From the NCBI GenBank assembly GCA_964415795.1, contig CAYQBN010000007.1, positions 14,546 to 78,545 on the forward strand: DNA of 64,000 bases, written 5' to 3'. The stretch comes from an uncultured Spirochaetales bacterium (GTDB lineage Bacteria > UBP6 > UBA1177 > JAKLFG01). Shown piece after piece: positions 55,796 through 64,000 of the stretch. The notes under the pieces are model-generated. The model searched no databases and was not told where the DNA came from. It was given only the letters and a program-made list of their open reading frames with translations. Numbering within the stretch: the stretch's first letter is position 1; every line of letters begins with the position of its first letter. A program made the translations under genes and the position numbers.

Positions 55796-58228
55796 TTATT
55801 CCTCTTCCGATTTTAGCAACGGTATCGAAGACTTCACCTTGTTCATGATGCGGGGGGTTATGAAAATGAGCAGTTCAGAACGCTCGACCCGCTCATCTAT
55901 CTGCTTGAAGAGCCACCCAAGCACCGGGATGTCGCCAAGGAGCGGCACCTTGCGCACCGTCTTACTCACCTTGTTGGTATAGACGCCGCCGATGACCACC
56001 GTGTCTCCGCTCCGTACCAGTATCTCAGTCTGTGCTTCTTTCTTAAGCACCGCCGGTTCGCCAAGATAGTTGGTGTTCGAATAGTCGGGCTCCGACTTGT
56101 TGACATTGAGTTTCATGAGTATCGAACCGTCCGAGGTAATGTGCGGCGTCACTTTGAGAACCAGTGTCGCGTCAACGAACTTGGTGGTAACCTCTCCTCC
56201 CTGTGAACGTGTCGTTATCGGGATACTGACACCCTGTTGAATCATTGCATCGCTGTTATCGAGTGTTGCCACTTTCGGTGAACTAATGATCTTAATGCGC
56301 CCCTCCGACTCCATGACATTGAGCGTGAGGTTGAGATCGGCCACATTGCCGATACTTCCCAGAGAGAGGCCTATGCCCGCAGAACGATCGCCCGGACCGG
56401 GAACGCTTACCGATCCTCCGATACCGAGATTGTAGGGGAACATCACGCCGGTCGGGTTTCCGTGCGCCGCGTCGGCGGTGTATCCGGTGCCCCACTCGAC
56501 ACCAAGACCGAGGGCCGATTGGTTCGTCGCCTCGATGATCTTCGCCTCGATGAGCACCTGCGGCGTCTGGGTATCGAGGTAGGCAACTAGCTGTTCTACC
56601 TTGTCGAGAACTTCCTCGACATCTTTTACGATGAGCACATTGGTTCGCTCGTCGGTCGTCACCGAGCCGCGTTCCGAAAGAAGATCCTTCACCTGCGGCA
56701 TCAGTTTCGACGCCATCGCATAGTTGACCGCGATGAGGCGCACCTTGACCGGCTCCAGTTTTTGATCCGCCTTCATCTTGGCAAGTTCCGCCTCTTTTTC
56801 CCGTTGAATGGTGCCGAGCGTCGCTACTCGGATGATGCTTCCCATCCGTTCCTTACCAAGCGATTTCGACTTGAGAATGACATCGAGCGCTTCGTCCCAC
56901 GGGATATTGATGAGCCGCACCGTGATCGTGCCGCGCACATCGTCTCCGGCGATAATGTTCAGTTTGCTTATCTCAGACATGAGGCGAAGCACATCGAGAA
57001 TATCCACCTCTTTGAAATCGAGGCTTATCTTCTTACCACGATAGGTCTTCGCGCCGTCGGCGACATCCACCGCCGTCACCGCATCGCCCTCTTCGGCGGC
57101 AGCCGTAGCGCTCCGCACCATGGCCGCTTGGCCTTCGCTATACCCCGCAACCTTCTCCGGCACCGGAGTACGCGGTCCCGCAAAGGTCATCTCCACTCCC
57201 CCCTCTTCGGGACGCATCGCAAACTCACAGGAGGGGCGCTTGAGCTTAGCAACAACCTTCACATCTCCTTTTTCGTTGAATATCGCTACCTCTTTCACCG
57301 GCCCCGGAAGAGAGCCGGCATCGATAAGCTGCTCCTTTTCTTTTGCCACAAAGGCATTCTTCAAGAGGACCGTAATCTTTCCCTCTTGGATCTCCTTCGA
57401 AATCTCTACGCGCCCTGTCGTCGAGATCTTGAGTATCTGCGGATCTTCTCCCGCAAAGACGAGACCTTCTACCTCGACGCGTTTATCCGTCTGTTCCGTA
57501 GCCGACGCAGGAAGACCCTGCTTGTCGGCACTTTTCTCCTCACGAAACGAAGCAAAGAGGTCATTCCGGTCAGCGATCGCAAAAAATACCTCTCCATGCC
57601 GCACATCGAGAGAGAATTGCCCGGGTATCGGGCGTTCGAGCACGATACGAAAACCGGCGGGGTGATTCGCGAACCTGACGCCATCCTGCTTTTTCATCTT
57701 TCCCCGGATACCAAGAAGGTCGAACACCAAGCGTTCGGGGTCACTAAGAACGAAGTAGCGTACCGCGGTCGGCATCTCACTTACCGAAATGAAAAGGCCA
57801 CCGTCGTTTTCCTTGATACCAACCGACGCCGCCTTCAGCGGCTTTTCTTCTTTAAGGGAAGTGATCATCTCTATATCGCCCGCCTTCAGCACGAGATTGT
57901 TCCCAGTACGTTCGACGGCGAACGCACCGCCCTCGAGGTCGACCGAAACCAATCCTGCCGATCGGGCACCTGCGGTCCCCACTTGCACCATTGCGAGCGA
58001 TCCTTTCGGACGCTCAGTCATCCCCGGGATGAGCATCTTGAGCGCCCCGGTATCAGCCCGAAAGAGCACCGGACCATCAATGGGTGTTTCCCATGACTCA
58101 GTCGAACCGCCCCTTACCACCGTCACGGTGGAAGCGACAGGTTTTGCCGATGCCGATCCGGCCGCCGCGATAGCGAACGCAAGCAGAACCGTCACCACCA
58201 TACTTCTCATCACACGCTCCCTATGCAA
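55796..58228 (-). CDS. pilQ: type IV pilus secretin PilQ
   Basis: 810 aa. It has a signal peptide, N-terminal AMIN-like beta domains, an N0/N1 region and a C-terminal secretin domain (LVLKVTPHITSDGSILMKLNV...VPLLGDIPVLGWLFK...LLIFITPRI). Confidence 0.9.
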   Translation of the reverse strand: MHRERVMRSMVVTVLLAFAIAAAGSASAKPVASTVTVVRGGSTESWETPIDGPVLFRADTGALKMLIPGMTERPKGSLAMVQVGTAGARSAGLVSVDLEGGAFAVERTGNNLVLKAGDIEMITSLKEEKPLKAASVGIKENDGGLFISVSEMPTAVRYFVLSDPERLVFDLLGIRGKMKKQDGVRFANHPAGFRIVLERPIPGQFSLDVRHGEVFFAIADRNDLFASFREEKSADKQGLPASATEQTDKRVEVEGLVFAGEDPQILKISTTGRVEISKEIQEGKITVLLKNAFVAKEKEQLIDAGSLPGPVKEVAIFNEKGDVKVVAKLKRPSCEFAMRPEEGGVEMTFAGPRTPVPEKVAGYSEGQAAMVRSATAAAEEGDAVTAVDVADGAKTYRGKKISLDFKEVDILDVLRLMSEISKLNIIAGDDVRGTITVRLINIPWDEALDVILKSKSLGKERMGSIIRVATLGTIQREKEAELAKMKADQKLEPVKVRLIAVNYAMASKLMPQVKDLLSERGSVTTDERTNVLIVKDVEEVLDKVEQLVAYLDTQTPQVLIEAKIIEATNQSALGLGVEWGTGYTADAAHGNPTGVMFPYNLGIGGSVSVPGPGDRSAGIGLSLGSIGNVADLNLTLNVMESEGRIKIISSPKVATLDNSDAMIQQGVSIPITTRSQGGEVTTKFVDATLVLKVTPHITSDGSILMKLNVNKSEPDYSNTNYLGEPAVLKKEAQTEILVRSGDTVVIGGVYTNKVSKTVRKVPLLGDIPVLGWLFKQIDERVERSELLIFITPRIMNKVKSSIPLLKSEEE

Positions 58229-58268
58229 TAATGAATTTTCTCATCATCCCTGTAACATTTCGTGGAGT

Positions 58269-58913
58269 TCATTCCTCTTTTTTCGCCCCTTCTTTCTTCT
58301 TTCCAGCGGCATCGTCGGAAGCAGGCGCCTCTTCCTCCACATCCCGGATCTCCTGTTCCTGTTCCTGTCCCTCGGTCAATATCGTCTTCACGGGAAGTTC
58401 TAGGTACAGCTTATTGAGGATCTTTCTTCCCAACGGATCCTTGTACACTTCGGTGATCTCGAGTTTGTCCGGGAAAATGGCGCTGATCTTCCCCCAATTC
58501 TTTCCAATGAAACTGCCCCGCTTGACAATGATGCTCTTGCGATCGGGCGTCACTACCACGGCACGCGGTTCAGTGATGCCCCACACTATCGCCGTCACAT
58601 TAAGGTCGGAGATATCGTACTTCTGAAGTTCGCTCACCGGCTCCCGCTCTTCTTCGACCGCCCGCATATCACCGAAATAGCTCCGGAAGGGGTCTCGTTT
58701 ACCGACTGCCGAATAGATGTAGGTCGAGCGCTTTTTGATGATGTCGGTAATGTTTTTTTCGATATCGCTACGAGGCACCGTTACCGCCGTTTTGCTCACT
58801 CGATCATATTCGGCCTTATAGTCGAAACGCTCTATTTCATACTCATTGACGCAGGAAACAACCGCCGTCGCGATGCCTATCAAGAGAACGAAACGATATA
58901 CGCGTCTTCTCAT
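58269..58913 (-). CDS. pilP: type IV pilus assembly lipoprotein PilP
   Basis: Lipobox LLIGIATAVVSC, the conserved RDPF motif (GKRDPFRSY), and a position between pilO and pilQ. Confidence 0.65.
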   Translation of the reverse strand: MRRRVYRFVLLIGIATAVVSCVNEYEIERFDYKAEYDRVSKTAVTVPRSDIEKNITDIIKKRSTYIYSAVGKRDPFRSYFGDMRAVEEEREPVSELQKYDISDLNVTAIVWGITEPRAVVVTPDRKSIIVKRGSFIGKNWGKISAIFPDKLEITEVYKDPLGRKILNKLYLELPVKTILTEGQEQEQEIRDVEEEAPASDDAAGKKKEGAKKEE

Positions 58914-59596
58914 TTGCTTCCTCCGCCCCCAGTTTCGGCGTCGCTTATGAAACGATAGGTGGTCGCCTTGAAAGCAACATCCAACTCGATCTTGTTCGGC
59001 TGGAACGCGGCAAAAGCGTCCTCGGTTGCCGCAGCCTTCTTTACTCGTCCTTGCCGCTGCTCCGCTTTTTGTGAACTCTCTGCTATCGCCTTCATCGAAA
59101 TGTCACTTATATTGACGATCCGCGCGAACTTGTTCACCGAATCGAAGAAGCTAAGCACCTCGTGGAAGGCACCTTTCAGTTTGATGGAAACAGGGACCTT
59201 CGCGATGAATCCTTGAACGCTCTCCCCTTGCGGTTCGAAGTAGTATACCTCCAAACCGAACTTCTCGGCCTCTTCGGACAGTTTCTTCAGTAGCGAAGGG
59301 ATCTCCTTTTTGTCAGGAAGAACCGTTATCGCATACTTGAACTCTCTGTCGAGGTTCTCCACCTCCTCCATGAATTGTCCCCGATCGCGTACCAGCACCA
59401 CCATTTTCGAGAATTCGGCCTTCTTTTGACTGAACTGTTCAGCCATCTCTTCCATACGCGTTTGATGCGGAAGAAAGGTGGTGACGAAATAGATCACCGT
59501 GAGAATGACCATCACCACGGCAAGAAGCCCCCAACGGTACAGTGGTTTCTGTTTGCCAATCAGCGCAAGCACCATTTTGAGGTTGAGATTCTTCAT
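58910..59596 (-). CDS. pilO: type IV pilus assembly protein PilO
   Basis: Single N-terminal TM helix and a coiled-coil plus ferredoxin-like periplasmic domain. It overlaps pilP by 4 nt. Confidence 0.7.
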   Translation of the reverse strand: MKNLNLKMVLALIGKQKPLYRWGLLAVVMVILTVIYFVTTFLPHQTRMEEMAEQFSQKKAEFSKMVVLVRDRGQFMEEVENLDREFKYAITVLPDKKEIPSLLKKLSEEAEKFGLEVYYFEPQGESVQGFIAKVPVSIKLKGAFHEVLSFFDSVNKFARIVNISDISMKAIAESSQKAEQRQGRVKKAAATEDAFAAFQPNKIELDVAFKATTYRFISDAETGGGGSK

Positions 59597-59609
59597 TCGT
59601 CGTCTCCGC

Positions 59610-60242
59610 TTACGGTTGTTTTACCGGCGCTGATGGCGCTGACGGCGCCGCCGTTGCCTCCGCCGGTTTCGCGGACACTTCGGTCGCCTGTTTCCCGGTC
59701 AGCACAACTTCGGTGACCAAATTGAATTTAAGAACCGGGACCTTGTTCACCGCCGAATCCTTTTGAATTCTTTGAAGTTCTACCTTGGTGAAAAACATCG
59801 AGGATTCGAGTTGTTTCATGAAATTTGCCACCTCTTGATTCTCAAGGCTCTTGCCCTCCATCTGCATCCGATTTCCAGAAAGACCGAGGCTCTCCAACCA
59901 GATCTTCGTCGAGGGAAGCTTCAGGGACAGTTCGTCAAGAACCCTTACCGGACCGATGTTCTCCTCTTGCAGTTTGATTATCATGTTTATTTTCTCTTGT
60001 AATTTTGCCTTTTTTTCCTTGAGCTCGTTAATTTTTCCCACGATCTGCTTGAGGTTCTCGATCTCACGATCGGCTTCCTCGATGCGCGCCTTGCTTTCTG
60101 CCTCGCGTTCGGCCAGTATGCGGCTGTTAGCGAACAAAATTCCCAGCAGAAAAACGATCAGCACCAGAGAAAAGATCAGGAACACTCGCGCCGATGCAAT
60201 AAACTTTTCATCGCTTGGTGGTAAGAGGTTTATCCGTATCAT
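59610..60242 (-). CDS. pilN: type IV pilus assembly protein PilN
   Basis: The N-terminal MIRINLLP motif, a TM helix and a coiled-coil periplasmic domain. It abuts the pilM stop. Confidence 0.75.
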   Translation of the reverse strand: MIRINLLPPSDEKFIASARVFLIFSLVLIVFLLGILFANSRILAEREAESKARIEEADREIENLKQIVGKINELKEKKAKLQEKINMIIKLQEENIGPVRVLDELSLKLPSTKIWLESLGLSGNRMQMEGKSLENQEVANFMKQLESSMFFTKVELQRIQKDSAVNKVPVLKFNLVTEVVLTGKQATEVSAKPAEATAAPSAPSAPVKQP

Positions 60243-61300
60243 TATTCCTCGTCCAACCTCCGTAACGCTAATCCAAGACTTACGGCGGCAATATGCGCAT
60301 CTTCTTCCATCTGCTCATGAGAAAGAACATTGGGAGGCACGATGATCTCCTTGAAGGGATTCATCTTTTCCACGGATACCGCCATAAGCGACTTCACCGT
60401 GGTCACGAAGGTGTGGCTTCGGGTGGTCCCGCCGGTCAGGAATATTTTCTGTATCTTGTCCTCGGCATTGATGTTCCCGTAATAATCGAATACCCGCTGG
60501 ATATCGCTCACCATGTTCTTGGCGACGTCGGCAACGACCTCTTCTACCTGTTGCGGAAGTATTGAGTCATCGCCGCTTTGCTCTCCCGACTTGAGGCTTT
60601 CCGCCTGCTGGAAAGAGACCTTAAGCCGGCGGGTTATCTCTTCGGTGATAAAGTTGCCCCCGTTGGGGATGTCTCTGAAGAAACTGATAACACCTTTCGA
60701 AAGAATGACGACATTCACTTTAGATGCGCCGATGTTGAGGATGGCAACGGTTCCCCCCAACTCCTCCGGATAGTTTATTTCGAAGATGTTGGCCAGCGCG
60801 GAGGCGTCTATTTCGACCGACATCGGCCTAATGCCGGCTGTCTGGGCCACCTGAATGAAATCGCCGACCAGATCTTGTCGCGCGGCAATGAGGATGACCC
60901 TTTCCTTGTTATCCTCTATAACCCCGGTACGGATCCCGTCGTAATAGATTTCGTTGATGTCATGCGGGATATGCGCCTCCACCTCGCTTGAGAGGGCCTT
61001 CCTGAACTCGGCGGGCGGCACGGGAGCCATGTTGATGATACGGCTGATGATACCATGACCGGCGATGCTGATGGCACAGTATTTATCGCTGATGTGCTCT
61101 TTCGTGAGCAATGTCTTTATCGCATCGTTCATCTCATAGGTGTTCATGATGCTACCGTCTACCACCGTGTTAACGGGGATCGGGATAGCACCGAACCGCT
61201 TCAAGCGATACTTCTTGCCAACCTTTGCGAGGCGGGCCGCCTTGAGATAAAAAGAGCCCATATCGAGCCCGAGCATCTGTTTGCTAAGGAATAATGCCAT
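60242..61300 (-). CDS. pilM: type IV pilus assembly ATPase-like protein PilM (actin/FtsA fold)
   Basis: 352 aa. GLDMGSFYLKAARL and VNVVILSKGV...FLTGGTTRS match the actin-like nucleotide-binding fold. Confidence 0.9.
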   Translation of the reverse strand: MALFLSKQMLGLDMGSFYLKAARLAKVGKKYRLKRFGAIPIPVNTVVDGSIMNTYEMNDAIKTLLTKEHISDKYCAISIAGHGIISRIINMAPVPPAEFRKALSSEVEAHIPHDINEIYYDGIRTGVIEDNKERVILIAARQDLVGDFIQVAQTAGIRPMSVEIDASALANIFEINYPEELGGTVAILNIGASKVNVVILSKGVISFFRDIPNGGNFITEEITRRLKVSFQQAESLKSGEQSGDDSILPQQVEEVVADVAKNMVSDIQRVFDYYGNINAEDKIQKIFLTGGTTRSHTFVTTVKSLMAVSVEKMNPFKEIIVPPNVLSHEQMEEDAHIAAVSLGLALRRLDEE

Positions 61301-61316
61301 CTCCCCGCCTCAATCG

Positions 61317-61523
61317 CTATTCTTCGTCGCCAGAAAACACCTTGCCCTTCTCTTCCAACGAAAGACCGAGTGCGAGCAGGATCTTTCGTTTGGTCTCCAT
61401 ACGACACTTGCCCCCCTTCTCGACTCGGTCTATCGTAAGCACCGAAACCCCCGCTTTTCTCGCGAGTTCTGATTTACTGAGCAAGAATCTCTCACGATAC
61501 TTGCGCAAGTTGTTCTTTACCAT
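61317..61523 (-). CDS. XRE-family helix-turn-helix transcriptional regulator
   Basis: 68 aa. LSKSELARKAGVSVLTIDRVEKG is a classic HTH_XRE. It lies immediately upstream of pilM. Confidence 0.75.
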   Translation of the reverse strand: MVKNNLRKYRERFLLSKSELARKAGVSVLTIDRVEKGGKCRMETKRKILLALGLSLEEKGKVFSGDEE

Positions 61524-61666
61524 CAGCTTCTCCCTCAGAGCATTCGTCCCATTCTATGACCGATGGTATGTTAAGTAACAACAAAAAGCAAGTAAATTTT
61601 GCATAATTTCATATCATTGACATATAATTGTATGTAATTAGGCTAAAATATGGAATGTTTTCAATA

Positions 61667-62956
61667 TCATTTTTCCTCGCATCGGCGTATGGAGACGCCC
61701 AGCTTCTGTAACTTTTCCTCTATATGTTCATAGCCACGGTCTATTTGCTGTATGTTATTGATTCTACTATTACCTTTCGCCACAATAGCGGCTATCACGA
61801 GCGCCATTCCTGCTCGGATATCAGGGGACTCCAGCGTCGTCCCGTAGAGAGGGGAAGGCCCGCTTACAACGGCCCGATGAGGATCACAGAGTATGATTTG
61901 AGCCCCCATTGCGATGAGTCGGTCAACAAAATAGAGGCGGCTCTCGAACATCTTCTCGAAAAATAGGATCGTTCCTTCGGCCTGTGTCGCGGCAACAATG
62001 GCGATGGACATAAGATCGGAAGGAAAAGCCGGCCACGGCCCATCGTCGATCTTAGGGATAGCATGATGCAACTCCCGTCGAACGATCAGTCTCTCATGTT
62101 TGGGAACAACGATATCGCTCTCCTCGGAACGCGCTTCTATGCCCAGCGAAGAGAAGACCTGTCTGACCCGATGCAGGTGCTCCGGCGCCGCGTTGCGTAT
62201 GCGCACCGAGCCTCCGGTAACCGCCGCCAACGCGATGAGGCTACCAACCTCAACATGATCTGGGCCGATCGTATGTTCGGCCCCTCTCAGCGTTTTCACT
62301 CCTTCCACTATCAGCCGATTGGTCCCGACTCCCTCTATCCGAGCACCCAACAGCGAAAGGAAACGACAGAGCCCTTGGACATGTGGTTCACATGCGGCAT
62401 TGTGAATGATCGTGCGACCTTTCGCGCGAACTGCGGCCATAAGGATGTTCTCAGTCGCAGTGACGCTTGCCTCGTCGAGGTGGATCTCCGCGCCGGTCAA
62501 CTGCGACGCTTCAATCCGATAGCCCCGCTCATCCTCCCTCCATATGGCCCCCAGCGCAGAAAATCCGAGGGCATGCGTATCGAGGCGGCGCCTTCCTATG
62601 ATGTCGCCACCGGGTGCCGGCAAAAGAAGATGGCCAAAACGAGCTAGGAGCGGCCCTGCGAACAAAATAGAGGTCCGGATACGGCTACAGAGAGCCTGAT
62701 CCAAGGGACGATCAACAAGGTTTCTCGCATCAACTGTCACAGTCCCCGGAACCGGCCTCTCTACTGAGGCTCCCATCGAGCGCATAAGCTCGATCATGAT
62801 GCGGACATCGAGTATGTCCGGCACATTATGAATGACTACCGGTGTTTCAGCAAGAAGAGATGCCGCGAGTACCGGCAAGGCTTCGTTCTTGTTTCCCGAG
62901 GAGGTAACTTCACCGTGTACAACCCCTCCTCCTTCAATCTCGAAGTACGGCCGCAT
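61667..62956 (-). CDS. murA: UDP-N-acetylglucosamine 1-carboxyvinyltransferase
   Basis: VTSSGNKNEALPVLAASLL corresponds to the GAKNAALP motif. A Cys in the catalytic loop region and two-domain EPT layout are present. Start at the ATG at 62956 (MRPYFEIEGG). Confidence 0.9.
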   Translation of the reverse strand: MRPYFEIEGGGVVHGEVTSSGNKNEALPVLAASLLAETPVVIHNVPDILDVRIMIELMRSMGASVERPVPGTVTVDARNLVDRPLDQALCSRIRTSILFAGPLLARFGHLLLPAPGGDIIGRRRLDTHALGFSALGAIWREDERGYRIEASQLTGAEIHLDEASVTATENILMAAVRAKGRTIIHNAACEPHVQGLCRFLSLLGARIEGVGTNRLIVEGVKTLRGAEHTIGPDHVEVGSLIALAAVTGGSVRIRNAAPEHLHRVRQVFSSLGIEARSEESDIVVPKHERLIVRRELHHAIPKIDDGPWPAFPSDLMSIAIVAATQAEGTILFFEKMFESRLYFVDRLIAMGAQIILCDPHRAVVSGPSPLYGTTLESPDIRAGMALVIAAIVAKGNSRINNIQQIDRGYEHIEEKLQKLGVSIRRCEEK

Positions 62957-63071
62957 CGAACCTCCGGATCGTGGCAAAATGTGAAAAAATGGTAATGAGT
63001 ACTCGGCAGAAGTCAATTTTACGGAAAAAGTTGCTTTTTGACTTTTTGCTACTAGATTGATGCCGATTTCG

Positions 63072-63147
63072 GGGCCTATAGCTCAGTTGGTAGAGCCCCC
63101 GGCTCATAACCGGATGGTCGGAGGTTCGACTCCTCCTGGGCCCACCA
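63072..63147 (+). tRNA. tRNA-Met (anticodon CAT; elongator-type or possibly Ile2-lysidine type)
   Basis: 76 nt. The acceptor stem is GGGCCTA/TGGGCCC with a 3' ACCA tail, D-arm GCTCAGTTGGTAGAGC, anticodon loop CT-CAT-AA and T-arm GGAGGTTCGACTCCTCC. The G1-C72 pair argues against an initiator tRNA. Confidence 0.85.
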
Positions 63148-63212
63148 CCATGTGATGGAGGCGTGCGATCCGGTCTTTATACGATATAATCCACGGCTCA
63201 TGCTTGCAAGAG

Positions 63213-63243
63213 GGCACTTGTTCGCGAACAAGTGCCTTTTTTT
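63213..63243 (+). terminator. rho-independent terminator downstream of tRNA-Met
   Basis: GGCACTTGTTCG/CGAACAAGTGCC is a perfect palindrome followed by TTTTTTT. Confidence 0.6.
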
Positions 63244-63271
63244 ATCCCCTAATTTTGAAAAGGAGGATTCC

Positions 63272-64000
63272 GTGATCGAAGAGTTGCGCAAATTGAAGAA
63301 ACTTCAAGCGTACGATGAACAGATATATCGGCGAGAGGAAGAACTCGATGCCCTGCCGGAGGAGAACGCGGCTCTCGAGGCGCGTATCGCAGAAATGGAA
63401 GGAAAATTGGCGGAACTTCGCAACGGTATCGCCATGCAACAGGAAGAGATCCGCAAACGGGCCGATATCCTTGCGCGCGGCGAGGAGAAACTTAAGACGA
63501 TCACCGGAAAACAGGCGGCGATCCGCAACAAAGAGGAGTACAACGCTCTTCTGCGCGAGATAGACAACATCAAGCGATTCAACAAAGAGATTGAGGAAGA
63601 ATCTGCTGAACTAGCCCGCGAGATGGAGATAAGGGCGCAGGAACTCAAACTGGTGGAAGAAGAACATCTGGCAAAGATCGCCGAATGCCGTCAAAAACTG
63701 AACGAGAACAAGAAGCGAATGACTCTTCTGGAACGCGAGATAGAGAAGATGTACGAAGAGCGCGACAAATTGACCGCCGGTATTCGGCCGGTCGTTTTGC
63801 GTAAATACGAACGCATTCTTGAGAGTTCGCCTTCGGGAAGAGCGATCGCCGAAGCCGAGAAATACCTGTGCCGTGGATGCAACATGACGTTGCCGCCGCA
63901 ATTGTACCATAATGTTCTCAAATCGGAGCGCATCGAAACCTGTCCCAACTGCCAGTGTATCCTTATACCGCCTGAGAACCGCCGCGGAGAAAAAGAAAAG
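63272..64000 (+). CDS. coiled-coil protein with a C-terminal C4 zinc ribbon (zf-RING_7 / HP0958-like family; 3' partial)
   Basis: GTG start 9 nt after an AAAGGAGG RBS. The frame is open to the window end and was read manually (243 codons) as VIEELRKLKKLQAYDEQIYRREEELDALPEE... It is heptad-rich and ends ...AEKYLCRGCNMTLPPQLYHNVLKSERIETCPNCQCILIP. It is absent from the six-frame track because it has no stop within the window. Confidence 0.6.
   Translation, partial: MIEELRKLKKLQAYDEQIYRREEELDALPEENAALEARIAEMEGKLAELRNGIAMQQEEIRKRADILARGEEKLKTITGKQAAIRNKEEYNALLREIDNIKRFNKEIEEESAELAREMEIRAQELKLVEEEHLAKIAECRQKLNENKKRMTLLEREIEKMYEERDKLTAGIRPVVLRKYERILESSPSGRAIAEAEKYLCRGCNMTLPPQLYHNVLKSERIETCPNCQCILIPPENRRGEKEK

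Noticed and set aside
56762-58096. 444-aa plus-strand ORF
   Set aside because: Antisense to pilQ.
63072-63147. Initiator tRNA-fMet assignment
   Set aside because: The G1-C72 Watson-Crick pair and the lack of three consecutive GC pairs in the anticodon stem argue for an elongator Met or Ile2 (lysidine) type.
63072-64000. Genomic island integrated at the tRNA gene
   Set aside because: No integrase, no repeat of the tRNA 3' end, and no compositional shift are visible in the remaining 850 nt.
1-64000. CRISPR arrays, IS elements and rRNA
   Set aside because: No regularly spaced direct repeats, transposase or integrase motifs, or rRNA-like segments were seen on reading the sequence.

Overview
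This is a 64 kb segment of high-GC (about 60-62%) chromosomal DNA from a diderm bacterium. The diderm call rests on the outer-membrane beta-barrel proteins, a PilQ secretin and many lipobox lipoproteins. No transposase, integrase, CRISPR array or rRNA is visible. Housekeeping genes form the backbone: mutS, hisC, tcdA, lpdA, uvrA, purM, rpiB, rlmD, rnj, aroA, glyA, a dCMP deaminase, nrdR, murA, a tRNA-Met(CAT), and a complete pilM-N-O-P-Q type IV pilus operon headed by a small XRE regulator. Envelope and surface accessory modules sit between them. (1) A translationally coupled five-gene operon at 38.7-42.3 kb encodes a GltJ-like membrane protein (cytoplasmic GYF-like domain, one TM helix, AgmX/PglI TonB-C-like periplasmic domain), an ECF sigma factor, an anti-sigma candidate, a tiny secreted K/E/R-rich protein and an outer-membrane beta-barrel. 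A radical SAM/SPASM enzyme is transcribed divergently from it. (2) Sharing a bidirectional terminator with that operon, a minus-strand surface cluster (50.8 to 42.4 kb) encodes an Ig-like lipoprotein, an OMP and a giant 2284-aa Ig-like repeat lipoprotein. The giant gene carries a near-identical tandem duplication with an 801-nt period. (3) Three paralogous small secreted K/E-rich LTXXQ/Spy-CpxP-like proteins are scattered through the window. Other notable genes are a secreted S8 subtilase with a Cys-rich repeat tail, an orphan AmmeMemoRadiSam-type radical SAM enzyme fused into a purM-tlpA operon, a tandem ThyX-like protein coupled to a stand-alone PAS protein, a triple-REC HD-GYP regulator, a MoxR-DUF58-membrane triad, and an FGE-domain lipoprotein. 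Several near-consensus sigma70-type promoters (TTGACA/TTTACA-16/17-TAnnAT) and hairpin terminators are readable. Many long antisense ORFs in the six-frame track are GC artefacts and were rejected. All calls are from motif reading; no database search was run.
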